From IMG/VR virus record IMGVR_UViG_3300045972_000219: DNA of 64,000 nt; one strand, given 5' to 3'. The translations under genes and the position numbers were made by a program. Position 1 is the stretch's first letter, and every line of letters starts with the position of its first letter. Positions 1-10,396 of this stretch are shown here, one piece after another. The notes beneath the pieces were generated by a model. That model did no database searches. It had not been told where the DNA came from and saw only the letters and a list, made by a program, of their open reading frames with translations. Source of the stretch: a virus (taxonomy: Duplodnaviria; Heunggongvirae; Uroviricota; Caudoviricetes).

Positions 1-90
1 CATGGTATTTTTATATCTATCTTACCTATTAATTCTTCGAGGGCTAACGAGATTGTTAGCTCTTTAAAACAATATGGACACATCATAATC

Positions 91-516
91 TTATCCTTCT
101 ATGTAATCATCCAAGTTAATATCTATTAATTGTAAAATAGCTCCAAATCTAGACATCATAAATGAAGTGCTTCCATATTCTGCAATGATACCATTGACAC
201 TACACCATATCCTTGTCATATAACCACTACCAGATCCAGCAGTATTCATATACAGATTAAGTTCTTTTTCAATAACACTTAAATGTGACATGTTAAATAA
301 TGGATTAAAGATATTTAACTTTTCTTTAGTTTTATTCTTTGCGATAATATATCTATCGTCTAATGGAGATAGTGTCTTATTATCAGATACTATAAGTATT
401 CCATCCTTGCTAAAATATAGTCCATTTATAACTTGCCATTCTAAATGATCTTCTATTATTTTATACAATTTTTCTCTATTTTCTTTACTGATTGGTATTC
501 CGTTTACATTGTCCAT
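91..516 (-). CDS. hypothetical protein (probable early gene)
   Basis: 141 aa ORF with AGGAG RBS and an upstream CATATTATATAAT motif on the minus strand; no recognisable domain. Confidence 0.7.
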   Translation of the reverse strand: MDNVNGIPISKENREKLYKIIEDHLEWQVINGLYFSKDGILIVSDNKTLSPLDDRYIIAKNKTKEKLNIFNPLFNMSHLSVIEKELNLYMNTAGSGSGYMTRIWCSVNGIIAEYGSTSFMMSRFGAILQLIDINLDDYIEG

Positions 517-570
517 ATACTTTCTCCTTTTAATTAGATTTTAACAATTATATAATATGAGTTAAAAAAG

Positions 571-582
571 AACATTGAATTA
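571..582 (+). promoter_or_regulatory. AR9-type late promoter motif AACA-N6-T(A/G) (representative copy)
   Basis: AACA-TTGAAT-TA upstream of the spike gene; further copies are listed in the findings. Confidence 0.65.
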
Positions 583-606
583 ATCCGAAATTATGTGAGG
601 TATCAA

Positions 607-1617
607 ATGTCTACATCTAGCCTAGCTATGGGTCTTTTAAGGAATTCAATAACCGATAAAGATAAAACAGATAACGTTAGAGAAGTTGGTTTAGATGGTA
701 TAATGAGAGCTAAGGTCATTAAGATAGATGATCCTAAAGCTGAAGGTAGAATAGGGTGTATTATACCAAGACTAATGTTTAAATTCGATCATTCTATACA
801 AGAAGTTGAATCTATGGAGTATGAGGTAGACTCAAGTAAATGGGATGAGTCATCTGAGATACAAGTTGAAGAAACATTAGATACAGTTAACTATATATGG
901 ATGCGCCCATCGTGGTTTGTATTTAATGGTCCACAAGAGAATAATGTAGGTGGCTCTTATCGTGTACCAAGAATAGGTACATGGGTATTTGTATTCTTCG
1001 AAGATGAAGATCCTCAGAAGGGATACTACTTTCCATTCGGTCCAACTAATGATGGAGAAGTAATTAATAATGAAAAGAATGAATCACCATACATAGGTGA
1101 TGTTGAGATGAACCCTCAAGTAGATATCATTAGAGAATACCCTAATGGTACTATTATATATACTGACTTTAATGAAGATCGTAATGAAGTAGTTATTAAA
1201 TTTAGAAATAACCATGTCATGCGTATAACTGATCGTGAAGATAGTAATGGAATTGAATTCCATACACATAATAAGAATTATATTAAAATAGATGACCTTA
1301 ATAACGATATAACTGTTAAAGCTAATAGAGATATTAAAGTTGATGCTGGAAGAGATGTAAGTATTAAAGCAGGTAGAAACATGCAGATTGAATCTCTTAA
1401 AGGATTTATGTCTGTTGCTTCTAAATCTCAGATTAATCTACAAACATCTGAGAGTTCAATTACTCTTAAGTCAGGTAAGGATCTTACTGTTGAAGTAGCT
1501 GCAATAACTAGTCTTAAGTCAACTGGTGCGGTTAGTATTACATCTACTACAAGTGAGATTAGAGAAAGAGCTGCAACTGAACATAAAACTATGGCAAGTA
1601 AAATAAGTCATAACTAA
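607..1617 (+). CDS. baseplate central spike, T4 gp5/VgrG-like OB-fold plus beta-helix (no lysozyme domain)
   Basis: RAKVIKIDDPKAEGRIGCIIP and GGSYRVPRIGTWVFVFFEDEDP match the gp5 OB-fold; the C-terminal half has 8-residue beta-helix repeats (DITVKANRDIKVDAGRDVSIKAGR); a PAAR gene lies downstream; ATG 607 follows GTGAGG. Confidence 0.8.
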   Translation: MSTSSLAMGLLRNSITDKDKTDNVREVGLDGIMRAKVIKIDDPKAEGRIGCIIPRLMFKFDHSIQEVESMEYEVDSSKWDESSEIQVEETLDTVNYIWMRPSWFVFNGPQENNVGGSYRVPRIGTWVFVFFEDEDPQKGYYFPFGPTNDGEVINNEKNESPYIGDVEMNPQVDIIREYPNGTIIYTDFNEDRNEVVIKFRNNHVMRITDREDSNGIEFHTHNKNYIKIDDLNNDITVKANRDIKVDAGRDVSIKAGRNMQIESLKGFMSVASKSQINLQTSESSITLKSGKDLTVEVAAITSLKSTGAVSITSTTSEIRERAATEHKTMASKISHN

Positions 1618-1626
1618 GGATATAAT

Positions 1627-2736
1627 ATGGAATTACCTAAAGTACCTAGACTACCTAACACATCTCTTTTAGGTGATGTACCTAAACTATCTATACCTGA
1701 TACCACTGTATCAGCGTTGAACCCATTACCACCAGTGACTCCACCTGCAGGAGTTACATTATTAGAATTACCACTTAAGGTAGATCTTTTAAGTGGTATA
1801 GGGGTATATAGTCCTACTGCTGCAATAGGTAAGATAGCGGATTCTATACCTAAGATACCATCTATTGCTGCAGCTAAAGATAGTATCAATTATAGTATAC
1901 CTCCATTACCTAAACCACCAGCAATAGATATGACTCCAATTAAAGATTTACAAAATACAGTTAATGGTATAAAAGCTCAAGGCGCAGCCATGATGACTAG
2001 TGTTATGGCTCAAGCTGCAATAGCTATGAAGGCAGTTAAAGATGCAGCTAATGGAGCTAAGACAGCTGCAACAGGGGTATTTAATGATGCAGTATCAGCT
2101 GCAACTACTGCAGCTAACGATGCAACTAAAGCAGCAGCAGACTATGCATCATCATTGACAGACCCTACTGTAACTCCTGAACAGTTACAGGGTTTAAAAG
2201 ATGCTAAAGATGCTGCAGACGCAGCTAAAACTGCCGCAGATCAAGCTAAAGTTGATGCTCAAACAGCATTAGATGCTAAGACTGCAGAGGCTACAAAAGC
2301 AACTACAGATGCTGCAGCTGCAGAGGCTAAAAAGGTTGATGCTGAAAAGAATGAAGAAGATCAGGCTGATGCAATGGATACTGAAAGTGAAGAGGATGAT
2401 GCTGCAGATGAAGCTGCATCTGGTTTGAGTGCATGTGAACAGAAGTTCATATCATTAGTTAAAGAAATAAATGGAAAAATTGATGTATGGCAAGCCGCAT
2501 TTGATAAAAATCTTGCATATGCTGCAAAAGCTAATGATAGCCTTTTTGGTCCAAGTGATCAGGAAAGATTAAATTATTATACTGAAAAAGAAAGACTTGA
2601 TCTAATGGTAGAAGAAGTTAGGTCTCTTAAATTAACATTAAGAGGTCTAGCTGATTGTGCTGGATGGGTAAATGAAGGTCCAAATAAAACTAAAGCTTCA
2701 TTCAGAGCTAAACAATTGGAGGAATCACAACAATGA
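1627..2736 (+). CDS. hypothetical Pro-rich/Ala-rich coiled-coil protein in the baseplate cluster
   Basis: 369 aa ORF between the spike and PAAR genes; Pro-rich N-terminus, DAA/KAA heptad region, acidic linker. Confidence 0.6.
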   Translation: MELPKVPRLPNTSLLGDVPKLSIPDTTVSALNPLPPVTPPAGVTLLELPLKVDLLSGIGVYSPTAAIGKIADSIPKIPSIAAAKDSINYSIPPLPKPPAIDMTPIKDLQNTVNGIKAQGAAMMTSVMAQAAIAMKAVKDAANGAKTAATGVFNDAVSAATTAANDATKAAADYASSLTDPTVTPEQLQGLKDAKDAADAAKTAADQAKVDAQTALDAKTAEATKATTDAAAAEAKKVDAEKNEEDQADAMDTESEEDDAADEAASGLSACEQKFISLVKEINGKIDVWQAAFDKNLAYAAKANDSLFGPSDQERLNYYTEKERLDLMVEEVRSLKLTLRGLADCAGWVNEGPNKTKASFRAKQLEESQQ

Positions 2737-3044
2737 GTTTCTCTAGAGGTCTTGTAAGAGTAGGTGATCTTTGTGAGGGAGAGTGTAATCAGCACCCCCC
2801 TAGAGCATGGGTATCCACTAAAGGTAAAGTAATTGAAGGATCGTCTGATATAATTGCAGATGGTTTAGCTCATGCTAGAATTGGAGATAGGGTTAAGAGT
2901 GATTGTGGACACTATGGTACAATCAATAGTGGATCAGCAAATGTATTCTCTAATGGTAGAGCTATGGCTAGAGTAAATGACACATTTGATGGTAATTTCA
3001 GAGGTGTGATAGTAGGTAGTAGTGGAGATACTGGTACTGAATAG
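2733..3044 (+). CDS. PAAR-repeat spike-tip protein (T4 gp5.4-like)
   Basis: Three PAAR-type repeats (LVRVGD, HARIGD, MARVND), GSSDIIADG/GSANVFSNG, Cys/His residues (CEGECNQH, DCGH). Confidence 0.9.
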   Translation: MSFSRGLVRVGDLCEGECNQHPPRAWVSTKGKVIEGSSDIIADGLAHARIGDRVKSDCGHYGTINSGSANVFSNGRAMARVNDTFDGNFRGVIVGSSGDTGTE

Positions 3045-3053
3045 GAGTATATA

Positions 3054-3662
3054 ATGTATGAAATTAAGAAAACTGTTGAGTATAGAGCTAGAGATAAATA
3101 TATCATACTAGTTACTCTTAAAAGCTTTATTGAAAAGAATTCCTTCATAGACCCAGAGATCCTTCTTGGTTCATATAAGTTTATGTGGGGAAAAGTAATG
3201 AGTTATTTCTTTGATCAGTTACAGTGTGGCCTGAGAAGAGAAAGAGACGGATTACCATTTCATTATGGAGTAGAACTTATCGATAAAGATTATTGTATAT
3301 TAACTGGTCAGCCAGTCACTAATGGTAGCTATTGGATGCGAAAGCTTGCTGAAAAGTCAGTAATACCTTATGAATATAAAGACTCAGTAGTGATATGTAT
3401 GTTTGAAGATTTTACAGTAGACAATCCAGATATTAGAATGATTGAGCATATGGCTCATCAATTAATAACTCCTATGATGAATTATTTAGATATACCACGT
3501 AGTAGAGTTAAAATGATTGATGAAATAGTTGATTGGGATTTATTGAATCAGCTAGTTAGAAATGATGAAATATTGTATAATCGTTTAACTCCATCAACAT
3601 GGTGGGATAGTTCTGTTCTTCAATTCAAGCTAAGTGAGTTCAAAAAAAGAGGTAATCACTAA
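3054..3662 (+). CDS. hypothetical protein
   Basis: 202 aa ORF with GGAG RBS, co-transcribed with baseplate genes. Confidence 0.65.
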   Translation: MYEIKKTVEYRARDKYIILVTLKSFIEKNSFIDPEILLGSYKFMWGKVMSYFFDQLQCGLRRERDGLPFHYGVELIDKDYCILTGQPVTNGSYWMRKLAEKSVIPYEYKDSVVICMFEDFTVDNPDIRMIEHMAHQLITPMMNYLDIPRSRVKMIDEIVDWDLLNQLVRNDEILYNRLTPSTWWDSSVLQFKLSEFKKRGNH

Positions 3663-4102
3663 TGTATAAACAGTATAATAGTTCAGCTAATGCTGAAATG
3701 AGTAAATGTATAGCTGCATCTAAGTCTAATCCTATAACTATAGCTAATCTTTCAGAGCTATACATATATGATAATATTGCAGTATATGCGCCTGAATCAG
3801 TAGTAGAAGATTATATGCCACATATAGAAGAAAATCTTATAGAGATGACTCTACCTGAATCATTACATTTTAGACCTGAAGCATTATCTGAATCTCTATA
3901 TGGTACACCAGACTTATTTTATGTGTTAATGCTAGTCAACGGATGTTCATCTGTAACTAACTTTAATATGGAAAAAGTAAAAGTACTAAATCCAACTTCT
4001 AAGATTATAGGTTCAATTGCTGCAGCTAGAATGAAAGGTTTGAATAAACAAAGAAGTAAACCATATATAGTTAATGATCTTACTTTAAAGGAGATTATGT
4101 AA
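3662..4102 (+). CDS. baseplate wedge protein, T4 gp53/LysM-like
   Basis: FRPEALSESLYGTPDLFYVLMLVNG matches the RPD..S..LYG....W.I...N signature of gp53/LysM baseplate proteins. Confidence 0.75.
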   Translation: MYKQYNSSANAEMSKCIAASKSNPITIANLSELYIYDNIAVYAPESVVEDYMPHIEENLIEMTLPESLHFRPEALSESLYGTPDLFYVLMLVNGCSSVTNFNMEKVKVLNPTSKIIGSIAAARMKGLNKQRSKPYIVNDLTLKEIM

Positions 4103-4127
4103 TGGATCCTACAGAAGAATAAATTAC

Positions 4128-4190
4128 TCCCCATATCCCTATAAAGGATATGGGGAAAAGTCCCCCGTTATCCCTCGGAGGATAACGGGG
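4128..4190 (+). terminator. two tandem GC-rich hairpins ending the baseplate operon
   Basis: TCCCCATATCC-N7-GGATATGGGGA (4128-4156) and CCCCGTTATCC-N6-GGATAACGGGG (4163-4190). Confidence 0.7.
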
Positions 4191-4358
4191 AATAACAAGG
4201 AGAGAGAACCATGGGCATAGGGGTAATTACAATGCCACGATCTCTAATGTGCTGTTTTTTTTAGTTAAAACTGCCTCTAATGTTTAATGGTAGGTCAAGT
4301 ACTTTTTGAATTAGATATTATATAAATGTTATATATCAAATAAAAAGGAGATAGTGAA

Positions 4359-5270
4359 ATGTCATTCTACTACGAATTAATCGATGTACAGGGTAACAGA
4401 TTAGTTATAAGAACAAAAAGCTATTTTAAAGATTTATCAAGTGCAGTTATCAAGCAACTGATAATTCATAAAGATGAAAGAATTAGTCTTTTTATGTATA
4501 AAGAGAAAGTAGACCCATTTTATACATATGCTAAAGGTGGTGAAAAAGAGGCAAATCCTATAGACCTTAAAGCAGTATATTACACTGATGGAACTTTTGT
4601 TACTGATATAATTAAAGTAATTTTCGATAACAATCAAAATAATAAACCTGCAGCTAAAGAAGAAATAATATTATCTCAGTTAACACGTTTTGAGAATAGA
4701 TTGGTTAAGTTTGATGGTAGAGACTATTACATCAATCAGCTAGCTAAATGTGCTGACTGTGAGAAGATGAACATTCATCTTAAGAAACCTTTAGCTATTT
4801 ATAAAGGTAAAGTTAAAACAATGACTATGATTGTACTTAAAGGTGCTGTACGTCTTTATAAAAATCGTAATATTTACCTATGTTCTAAATGTAATGCAGT
4901 CCATATCATGGGTTTGAAAGATATTAAAGATCTTAAGAAGAATCTTAAGAAAACTAAAAATGAATCTAACACTAAGGAGAATAAAATGGGAATGTTCAAA
5001 AAGAAAAAGACAGAAGTTATTTCACACAATGAAGAGATCGAAGCTTACAACCCTCCGATCAAAAAACCTACTAAAAAGAAAAAAGATAATTCTATTGAAC
5101 AATTATCACTTGGAATGGATGCAATCTGTCCAAAGGTAGATCCTACGATTGATAAAATTAGAGAATATTTAATTAAAACATTAGGTGAAGTATCAACAGC
5201 CTCTAACTCAGATGTAATTAAAGGTTATCTCATGGCGTTTAACGACTTTGAGAAGGCTAGAAAGAACTAA
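4359..5270 (+). CDS. hypothetical protein with possible Zn-binding Cys pairs and a Lys-rich C-terminal half
   Basis: 303 aa ORF, AAGGAG RBS, CADC and CSKC motifs; preceded by GATATTATATAAAT. Confidence 0.65.
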   Translation: MSFYYELIDVQGNRLVIRTKSYFKDLSSAVIKQLIIHKDERISLFMYKEKVDPFYTYAKGGEKEANPIDLKAVYYTDGTFVTDIIKVIFDNNQNNKPAAKEEIILSQLTRFENRLVKFDGRDYYINQLAKCADCEKMNIHLKKPLAIYKGKVKTMTMIVLKGAVRLYKNRNIYLCSKCNAVHIMGLKDIKDLKKNLKKTKNESNTKENKMGMFKKKKTEVISHNEEIEAYNPPIKKPTKKKKDNSIEQLSLGMDAICPKVDPTIDKIREYLIKTLGEVSTASNSDVIKGYLMAFNDFEKARKN

Positions 5271-5346
5271 GTATTTTAGTCTCTAAATAGTAGTATAACA
5301 TGATATTGCTACGTTGTGTTATACTACTATTAAGGAGATTGAACAA

Positions 5347-6009
5347 ATGGCACTAAACTTAATGTCAGCAATCAGGGATGACTTTACTAAAAAGAAACTA
5401 GGTGGCTTTGTAGAATCATATAATATTTCTACTGGCTTTCAGATGATTGATTTTATGGGTGCAGGTCGTGATGCTGAATCCAATGAAATCGATTATGGTA
5501 TGCCATTTGGTAAACAGATTCTTATCATCGGTAAATCAGGTACAGGTAAAACTACTCTAGCTATTCAGATAGGGTGGAATATTGTTGAGCCATTTGAAAA
5601 TGGATCTATTGTCCATCTCGACTTTGAGCGTTCTTCTAAGCGTAATCGTATTAGAACTATTCTCGGTATTGATGAAGCAACATTCAATGAGCGTTACTTA
5701 CACCTCAATGATAGTGACCTCTGTGCAGAAGTTCTGTATGAGCAGGTAAAAGCTATTGCTAAACTAAAACTTGACAATAGAGATAAACTTCTTGTAGATT
5801 ATGAGACACCTTTAGGTGAGACTATCCAGATTCTTCCCCCTACTGTAATTATCGTTGACTCAGTTGCAACAATGATGTCTAAGAATATTACAGATGAAGA
5901 TGAGTTAAGTGGACAAATGTCTGGTTCCGCACAAGCTAGACAAAATAACTCGATCTATAAAAGAATACCTGGAGATTTACTCGAAGCAAATATAATTCTC
6001 ATCAGCATT
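5347..6009 (+). CDS. recA: RecA/UvsX-like recombinase, exon 1 of join(5347..6009,7133..7597), 375 aa spliced
   Basis: Walker A GKSGTGKTT, HLDFERS, Walker B IIVDSVA, MSGSAQAR; splicing restores ILISI|NHITTKI (RecA IFINQIRMKI equivalent). Confidence 0.9.
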
Positions 6010-7132
6010 TAATTTTAGATGCCTTAGAGAAGTAATTCTCTATGAAAAATTGCGTGAATTGCTGGAAACCCCTTAGAGTCATTTAAACTACAACGTGATC
6101 TGTAAAGATGAGCGTGAATGTTTGAAAATTAAATGAATTGGGCAATCAGCAGCGAAGCGTCCTGTATAAATATAACCTCATATCACAATAACAATTAATT
6201 AGAATTTAATTTTATTGGAGGTTATTATGGCTGGAAGACCTGGAATGGTTGTTAAGCATACTCTAGAGAGTGTAAAACAAGAGATATATCAGATGGTTGG
6301 TGATGAGTATACTATACTTTCTGATAAGTATCCTGGATATCATGTTAAAATGGACATAGTTCATAATGTATGTGGACATAAATATGGTATTTCTATGAAT
6401 AATTTTAGACTAGGAAGTAGATGTTACCCATGTCAACAGAGAAAAAATGGTAACAATGCTCTTATTGCTAGAAAAAAAGGATATGATCTAGAGTGGGCTA
6501 AAAAAATGGTTCTTGACAGAGGTGAAGGTGATTATGAGCTTTTAGATACTGAGTATATTAATGTTCATACTAATATGGAATTTAAACATATTGAGTGCGG
6601 GCAAATTTATACTGCAACACTAAATAATTTTCGTCAAGGAACAAGATGTCCTTATTGTAAACGAGAATCTACAGGTGAGTTGCATACAGAACTAGCTCTT
6701 AAACATCTTAAATTAAAGTATGAAAAACAAAAGACCTTTCCTAAACTAAAAGGAATTAGATCTTTAAGATTCGATTTTTATCTTCCAGATTTAAATACTG
6801 CAATTGAATATGATGGATTACAGCATTTAGCAGAATCTCATAAATGGCATGGTAATAGAACCATTGTTAATGATGAGATAAAAAATAAATTCTGTGAAGA
6901 TAATAATATTACTTTAATAAGAATTCCTCATACAAAAAGAACAATTCAGGCAATAGCTAAATTTATACAAGATGAACGTTCAACGACTACCTCTTAGGAG
7001 GGTACACTCAAGCGAGTGGAAGTGCGCAACACCCTAATCGAAAGATGGGTGAAGATATAGTCTGCTCTATATAGAAATATATAGCTGTCGAAAGACGGGA
7101 TAGATACTAGCGAATCTATCTGAACATACAGG
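6010..7132 (+). mobile_element. group I intron in recA
   Basis: The 5' exon ends in U and the intron ends in G; core elements AATTGCTGGAAA (P), AATCAGCAGCG (Q), GTTCAACGACTAC (R), AAGATATAGTC (S); IGS GAUGC pairs with exon GCAUU; removal keeps the frame. Confidence 0.92.
6227..6997 (+). CDS. intron-encoded homing endonuclease, Zn-ribbon repeats plus Vsr/DUF559-like PD-(D/E)XK nuclease
   Basis: Two H..CG......NF..G.RC..C repeats; RFDFYLPDLNTAIEYDGLQH...KNKFCEDNNITLIRIPH; GGAGG RBS before ATG 6227. Confidence 0.8.
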   Translation: MAGRPGMVVKHTLESVKQEIYQMVGDEYTILSDKYPGYHVKMDIVHNVCGHKYGISMNNFRLGSRCYPCQQRKNGNNALIARKKGYDLEWAKKMVLDRGEGDYELLDTEYINVHTNMEFKHIECGQIYTATLNNFRQGTRCPYCKRESTGELHTELALKHLKLKYEKQKTFPKLKGIRSLRFDFYLPDLNTAIEYDGLQHLAESHKWHGNRTIVNDEIKNKFCEDNNITLIRIPHTKRTIQAIAKFIQDERSTTTS

Positions 7133-7597
7133 AATCATATTACCACTAAAATAAGTATCAATCCAATGCAAAAGGTTGCGGCAGATATCAATTTCTTAAA
7201 GCAAGATGAGAGTCTTACAGGTGGTAGTGCTCATTATTACCTTGCCGATACACTCCTCAAGATTGTTACTCGTGGCAAACTTGATCCAGATAAAGAGTTT
7301 GGCATTAAAGGCTTCTATGCTGAAGTAGTCTTTGTTAAGTCAAGATCTTCTGCTGCAGGACGACCATTCACTATGGTTTATGACCAGACATATGGATTCA
7401 ATAATGTCTATACTAACTTTAACTTCCTTAAAGATTGTAAGAAAGTTAGTGGTGGAGGCAAGGGATACTATCTTGAGGGTGCTGAAGATGTCAAGTTCAC
7501 CCAAAAAGAGTTTGAAGAAAAGCTTGATGGAAGTAAAAAACTAGATAAAGCTTACTGGAATTTACTGGAAGGTGCATTTGAAAACTTAGTACCTTAA
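7133..7597 (+). CDS. recA: RecA/UvsX-like recombinase, exon 2
   Basis: NHITTKI...LTGGSAHYYLADTLLKI and VFVKSRSSAAG correspond to RecA TGGNALKFYASVRL and VKNK..P. Confidence 0.88.
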   Translation, partial: NHITTKISINPMQKVAADINFLKQDESLTGGSAHYYLADTLLKIVTRGKLDPDKEFGIKGFYAEVVFVKSRSSAAGRPFTMVYDQTYGFNNVYTNFNFLKDCKKVSGGGKGYYLEGAEDVKFTQKEFEEKLDGSKKLDKAYWNLLEGAFENLVP

Positions 7598-7603
7598 TAT
7601 TTA

Positions 7604-7639
7604 ATGCACTGCGTATAGCTAACCCTATACGCAGTGTAT
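7604..7639 (+). terminator. hairpin after recA
   Basis: 15-bp stem ATGCACTGCGTATAG/CTATACGCAGTGTAT. Confidence 0.65.
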
Positions 7640-7687
7640 CTACATATTAATTTTAAGTATTGAAATTCTATGTAAGGAGAAATTTAC

Positions 7688-8812
7688 ATGCCATATCTTA
7701 AAGGAGTAGATTTAGAAGCAAGGAATCATAGTTTCCTCAGCGAGGAGTTATTATGCCCTAACGTATCAAAGACTGACTTATCTCGTGCTAATATGTTCTG
7801 CAACCATGTGGTACAGACTGTAGTTCCAACGTATGGAGATACTCCGCAGGTGTTTACGGGATTTGAGAATCAGGTAGGAGACTATTCTCATTCGATGGTT
7901 AAATTCGATAAGAAAGTTAAATTGATTCATATCATTAAGAAAAACGAATGTAATGGAATGTATGTATTCCAAGAGGTAAAATCGAAGAAGATACATGTGG
8001 TTGAGAATAAGACTCATGGTAGAATTACAGAATACTATGGCTATCAATTGAATAACGATAAAATACATGGTATGACTGTAGGTGAAACCATTGATGAGGG
8101 AGAGATTGTAGTACATTCAACATCTCATGATGATATTGGCAATCTTAGGTATGGAGTTAATCTTAATACTATCTACTCAACTATAGATGGACTGAACTAC
8201 GAGGATGCTGTTGTAATTTCCGAGTCAGCTCAAAAGAAGATGGCTTATGAAAACGTAGAAGAAGTAGTTGTCACTATAAATAATAATGATATCTTAGTTA
8301 ATTATTATGGTGACAATCATAAATTTAAATCGTTTCCAGACATTGGAGAAGCTACTAGAGATGGTATATTATGTGCTAGAAGACGAGTGAATTATGAATC
8401 TGCATTTGTTGAGCTATCCAATAGATCACTTAAATCAATAAACTTTACTAACGATAATATCTTCTATAGTAAAGGTAAAGTTGTAGACATTCAAGTCTAT
8501 ACAAATATCGATGAGAGTATTCTAGAGTCACATGTGTATAATAATCAAATCCTTAGATACCATAAAGAAGAACAAGAATACCACAATAAAGTGGGTGAGA
8601 TTCTTGGTGGACTTATTAAAGGTAAGACATGTGATAAACACTTTACACCTGATGTATCTTACATCTATAGCCGTAGCAAGGCTATGATAGGTAAAAAGAA
8701 ATGGACTTATGAGAAGTCCGAGTTCGATGGAGTAGTTATTAAGTTTACAGTAGCATATACTGAGAATGTATCTATTGGAAGTAAGATATCTAATAGGTAT
8801 GGTGGAAAGGGT
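7688..8812 (+). CDS. rpoB: jumbo-phage multisubunit RNA polymerase beta C-terminal subunit, exon 1 of join(7688..8812,9806..10396,11379..11606), 647 aa spliced
   Basis: SRANMFCNHVVQ, GLNYEDAVVISES (GYNFEDS motif), IGSKISNRYGGKG (GDK..GRHGNKG motif); probably the non-virion enzyme (phiKZ gp71-73/AR9-type), by inference from size. Confidence 0.88.
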
Positions 8813-9805
8813 AAATTAAATGCCCCTTGTAGTAGTAATGCTACAATGTAATTCTTCTAATTGTCTGGAAACCCCTAACATGTAATGATGAGGGCAATCA
8901 GCAGCGAAGTTATCACTCATATAGCATCCGATAAAGGAGGTTATATGGAATATGAATGGTCTGGTTTGAATATACTCTTTTTAAAAGAAAATTATCTTAA
9001 AATGACTAATATCGAACTAGGTCAAAAAATAGGTCGTAGTGAATGTGCTGTAGAACACAAGTTAGCTAGACTTGGATTGCGACGTAGAGAATTCAGCCAA
9101 ATTGCTGAAACTGTGGATGGTGAAGTATGGAAAAAGATTAAAAGTATGGATTATGCAATTAGTAATCATGGTCGAGTTAAGAATACTGAATCTCAGTACT
9201 TAATGAAACCTAAACTAGACAAATATGGATATATGAAAGTTAAATTGATTGTAGCTCCAAATGATCAGAGAGACTTTCAAATTCATCGTCTAGTTGCTAT
9301 ACTTTTTATATCTAATCCAGATAATCTTCCAACAGTTAATCATATTGATGGAAACAAAACTAACAATATGAAAAATAATCTAGAGTGGAATACATATCAA
9401 GCTAATAAACTGCATGCATTTGATACAGGTATAACAATAAAACCGATAATTTCGAATAGAAGATTTATTCCACAATATTCGGATGATATTGTTCACCAGA
9501 TATGTGAATTACTTATGAAAAATAAGCCAGATAACAAGATATCTGAGATTGTTGGATGTCAATCTAAATATGTTCAGGATATCAGAAGGCGTAGAATTCG
9601 TAAAGACATATCAGATCTATATGAGTGGTAAAACGTTCAACGACTAGAGCGAAAGCTCGTACACTGCAAGCCAATGGTAGTGGAAATGGAGAACATCCTA
9701 ATCATTTTATGATGGATGAAGATATAGTCTAATCTCATATGAAAATATGAGCTGCATAGAGAGTATATGCGGGTTTAGTTTTGCGAACTAAACTGAATAC
9801 AAATG
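8813..9805 (+). mobile_element. group I intron 1 in the RNAP beta gene
   Basis: Exon ends GGT(U) and intron ends G; P/Q/R/S elements AATTGTCTGGAAA, AATCAGCAGCG, GTTCAACGACTAG, AAGATATAGTC; splicing gives RYGGKG|VISKILPDKDMP. Confidence 0.92.
8945..9631 (+). CDS. intron-encoded HNH homing endonuclease (N-terminal Myb-like HTH, NUMOD4, HNH_3; I-HmuI-like)
   Basis: YAISNHGRVKN, IHRLVAILFISNPDNLPTVNHIDGNKTNNMKNNLEW; AAAGGAGG RBS before ATG 8945. Confidence 0.9.
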   Translation: MEYEWSGLNILFLKENYLKMTNIELGQKIGRSECAVEHKLARLGLRRREFSQIAETVDGEVWKKIKSMDYAISNHGRVKNTESQYLMKPKLDKYGYMKVKLIVAPNDQRDFQIHRLVAILFISNPDNLPTVNHIDGNKTNNMKNNLEWNTYQANKLHAFDTGITIKPIISNRRFIPQYSDDIVHQICELLMKNKPDNKISEIVGCQSKYVQDIRRRRIRKDISDLYEW

Positions 9806-10396
9806 GTAATTTCAAAAATTCTACCTGATAAGGATATGCCTACAACAGTTGAAGGTATTAATGCAGATGTTGTGTTATCGTGTCTAGGTATTATTAACAG
9901 ACTTAATCCTGCATCTTTGTATGAGCTAGAATTATCTTTTATGGCAAGAAAAGTTTCAGAGAGAGCTAGTACATTAAATAGTACTACTGAAGCATCTGAG
10001 TACATTCTAGACTTCATAAATAGAATAAATCCTACTCAAGCAGAATCATTTAAAGAAATGCTAGAGTCATTAGAACCAGAGGTATTTGATAAAGCAATTA
10101 TGGAGATGATAGAGAGTGGAATACCTATTCATCAACCTCCATTCTTTGGTAATATGACTCTTGATCAGTTACATAGTATGTATAAATATTATGGATTTGA
10201 ACCTGATCATTTTAAGAATATCGAGACTCCAATGATATTAGGTAAGATGTACTTCCTAATCTTAAAGCATAATAGCTCAAGTAAGTTCAGTGCAAGGTCT
10301 GCAAGATACATTAACATGAAAGAAACTCCATCTAAAAATACGAGAGATTATAAAGCAGGTCAAGCTCTATACTCGACTACTCCTGTAAGATTGGGT
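9806..10396 (+). CDS. rpoB: RNAP beta C-terminal subunit, exon 2
   Basis: VISKILPDKDMP...ADVVLSCLGIINRLN (D...NPLG..SRMN), ILGKMYFLILKH..SKFSARS, TPVRLG. Confidence 0.9.

Noticed and set aside
1627-2736. Tape-measure protein call for the Ala-rich ORF
   Set aside because: Too short for a jumbo-phage tail, and composition alone is not diagnostic.
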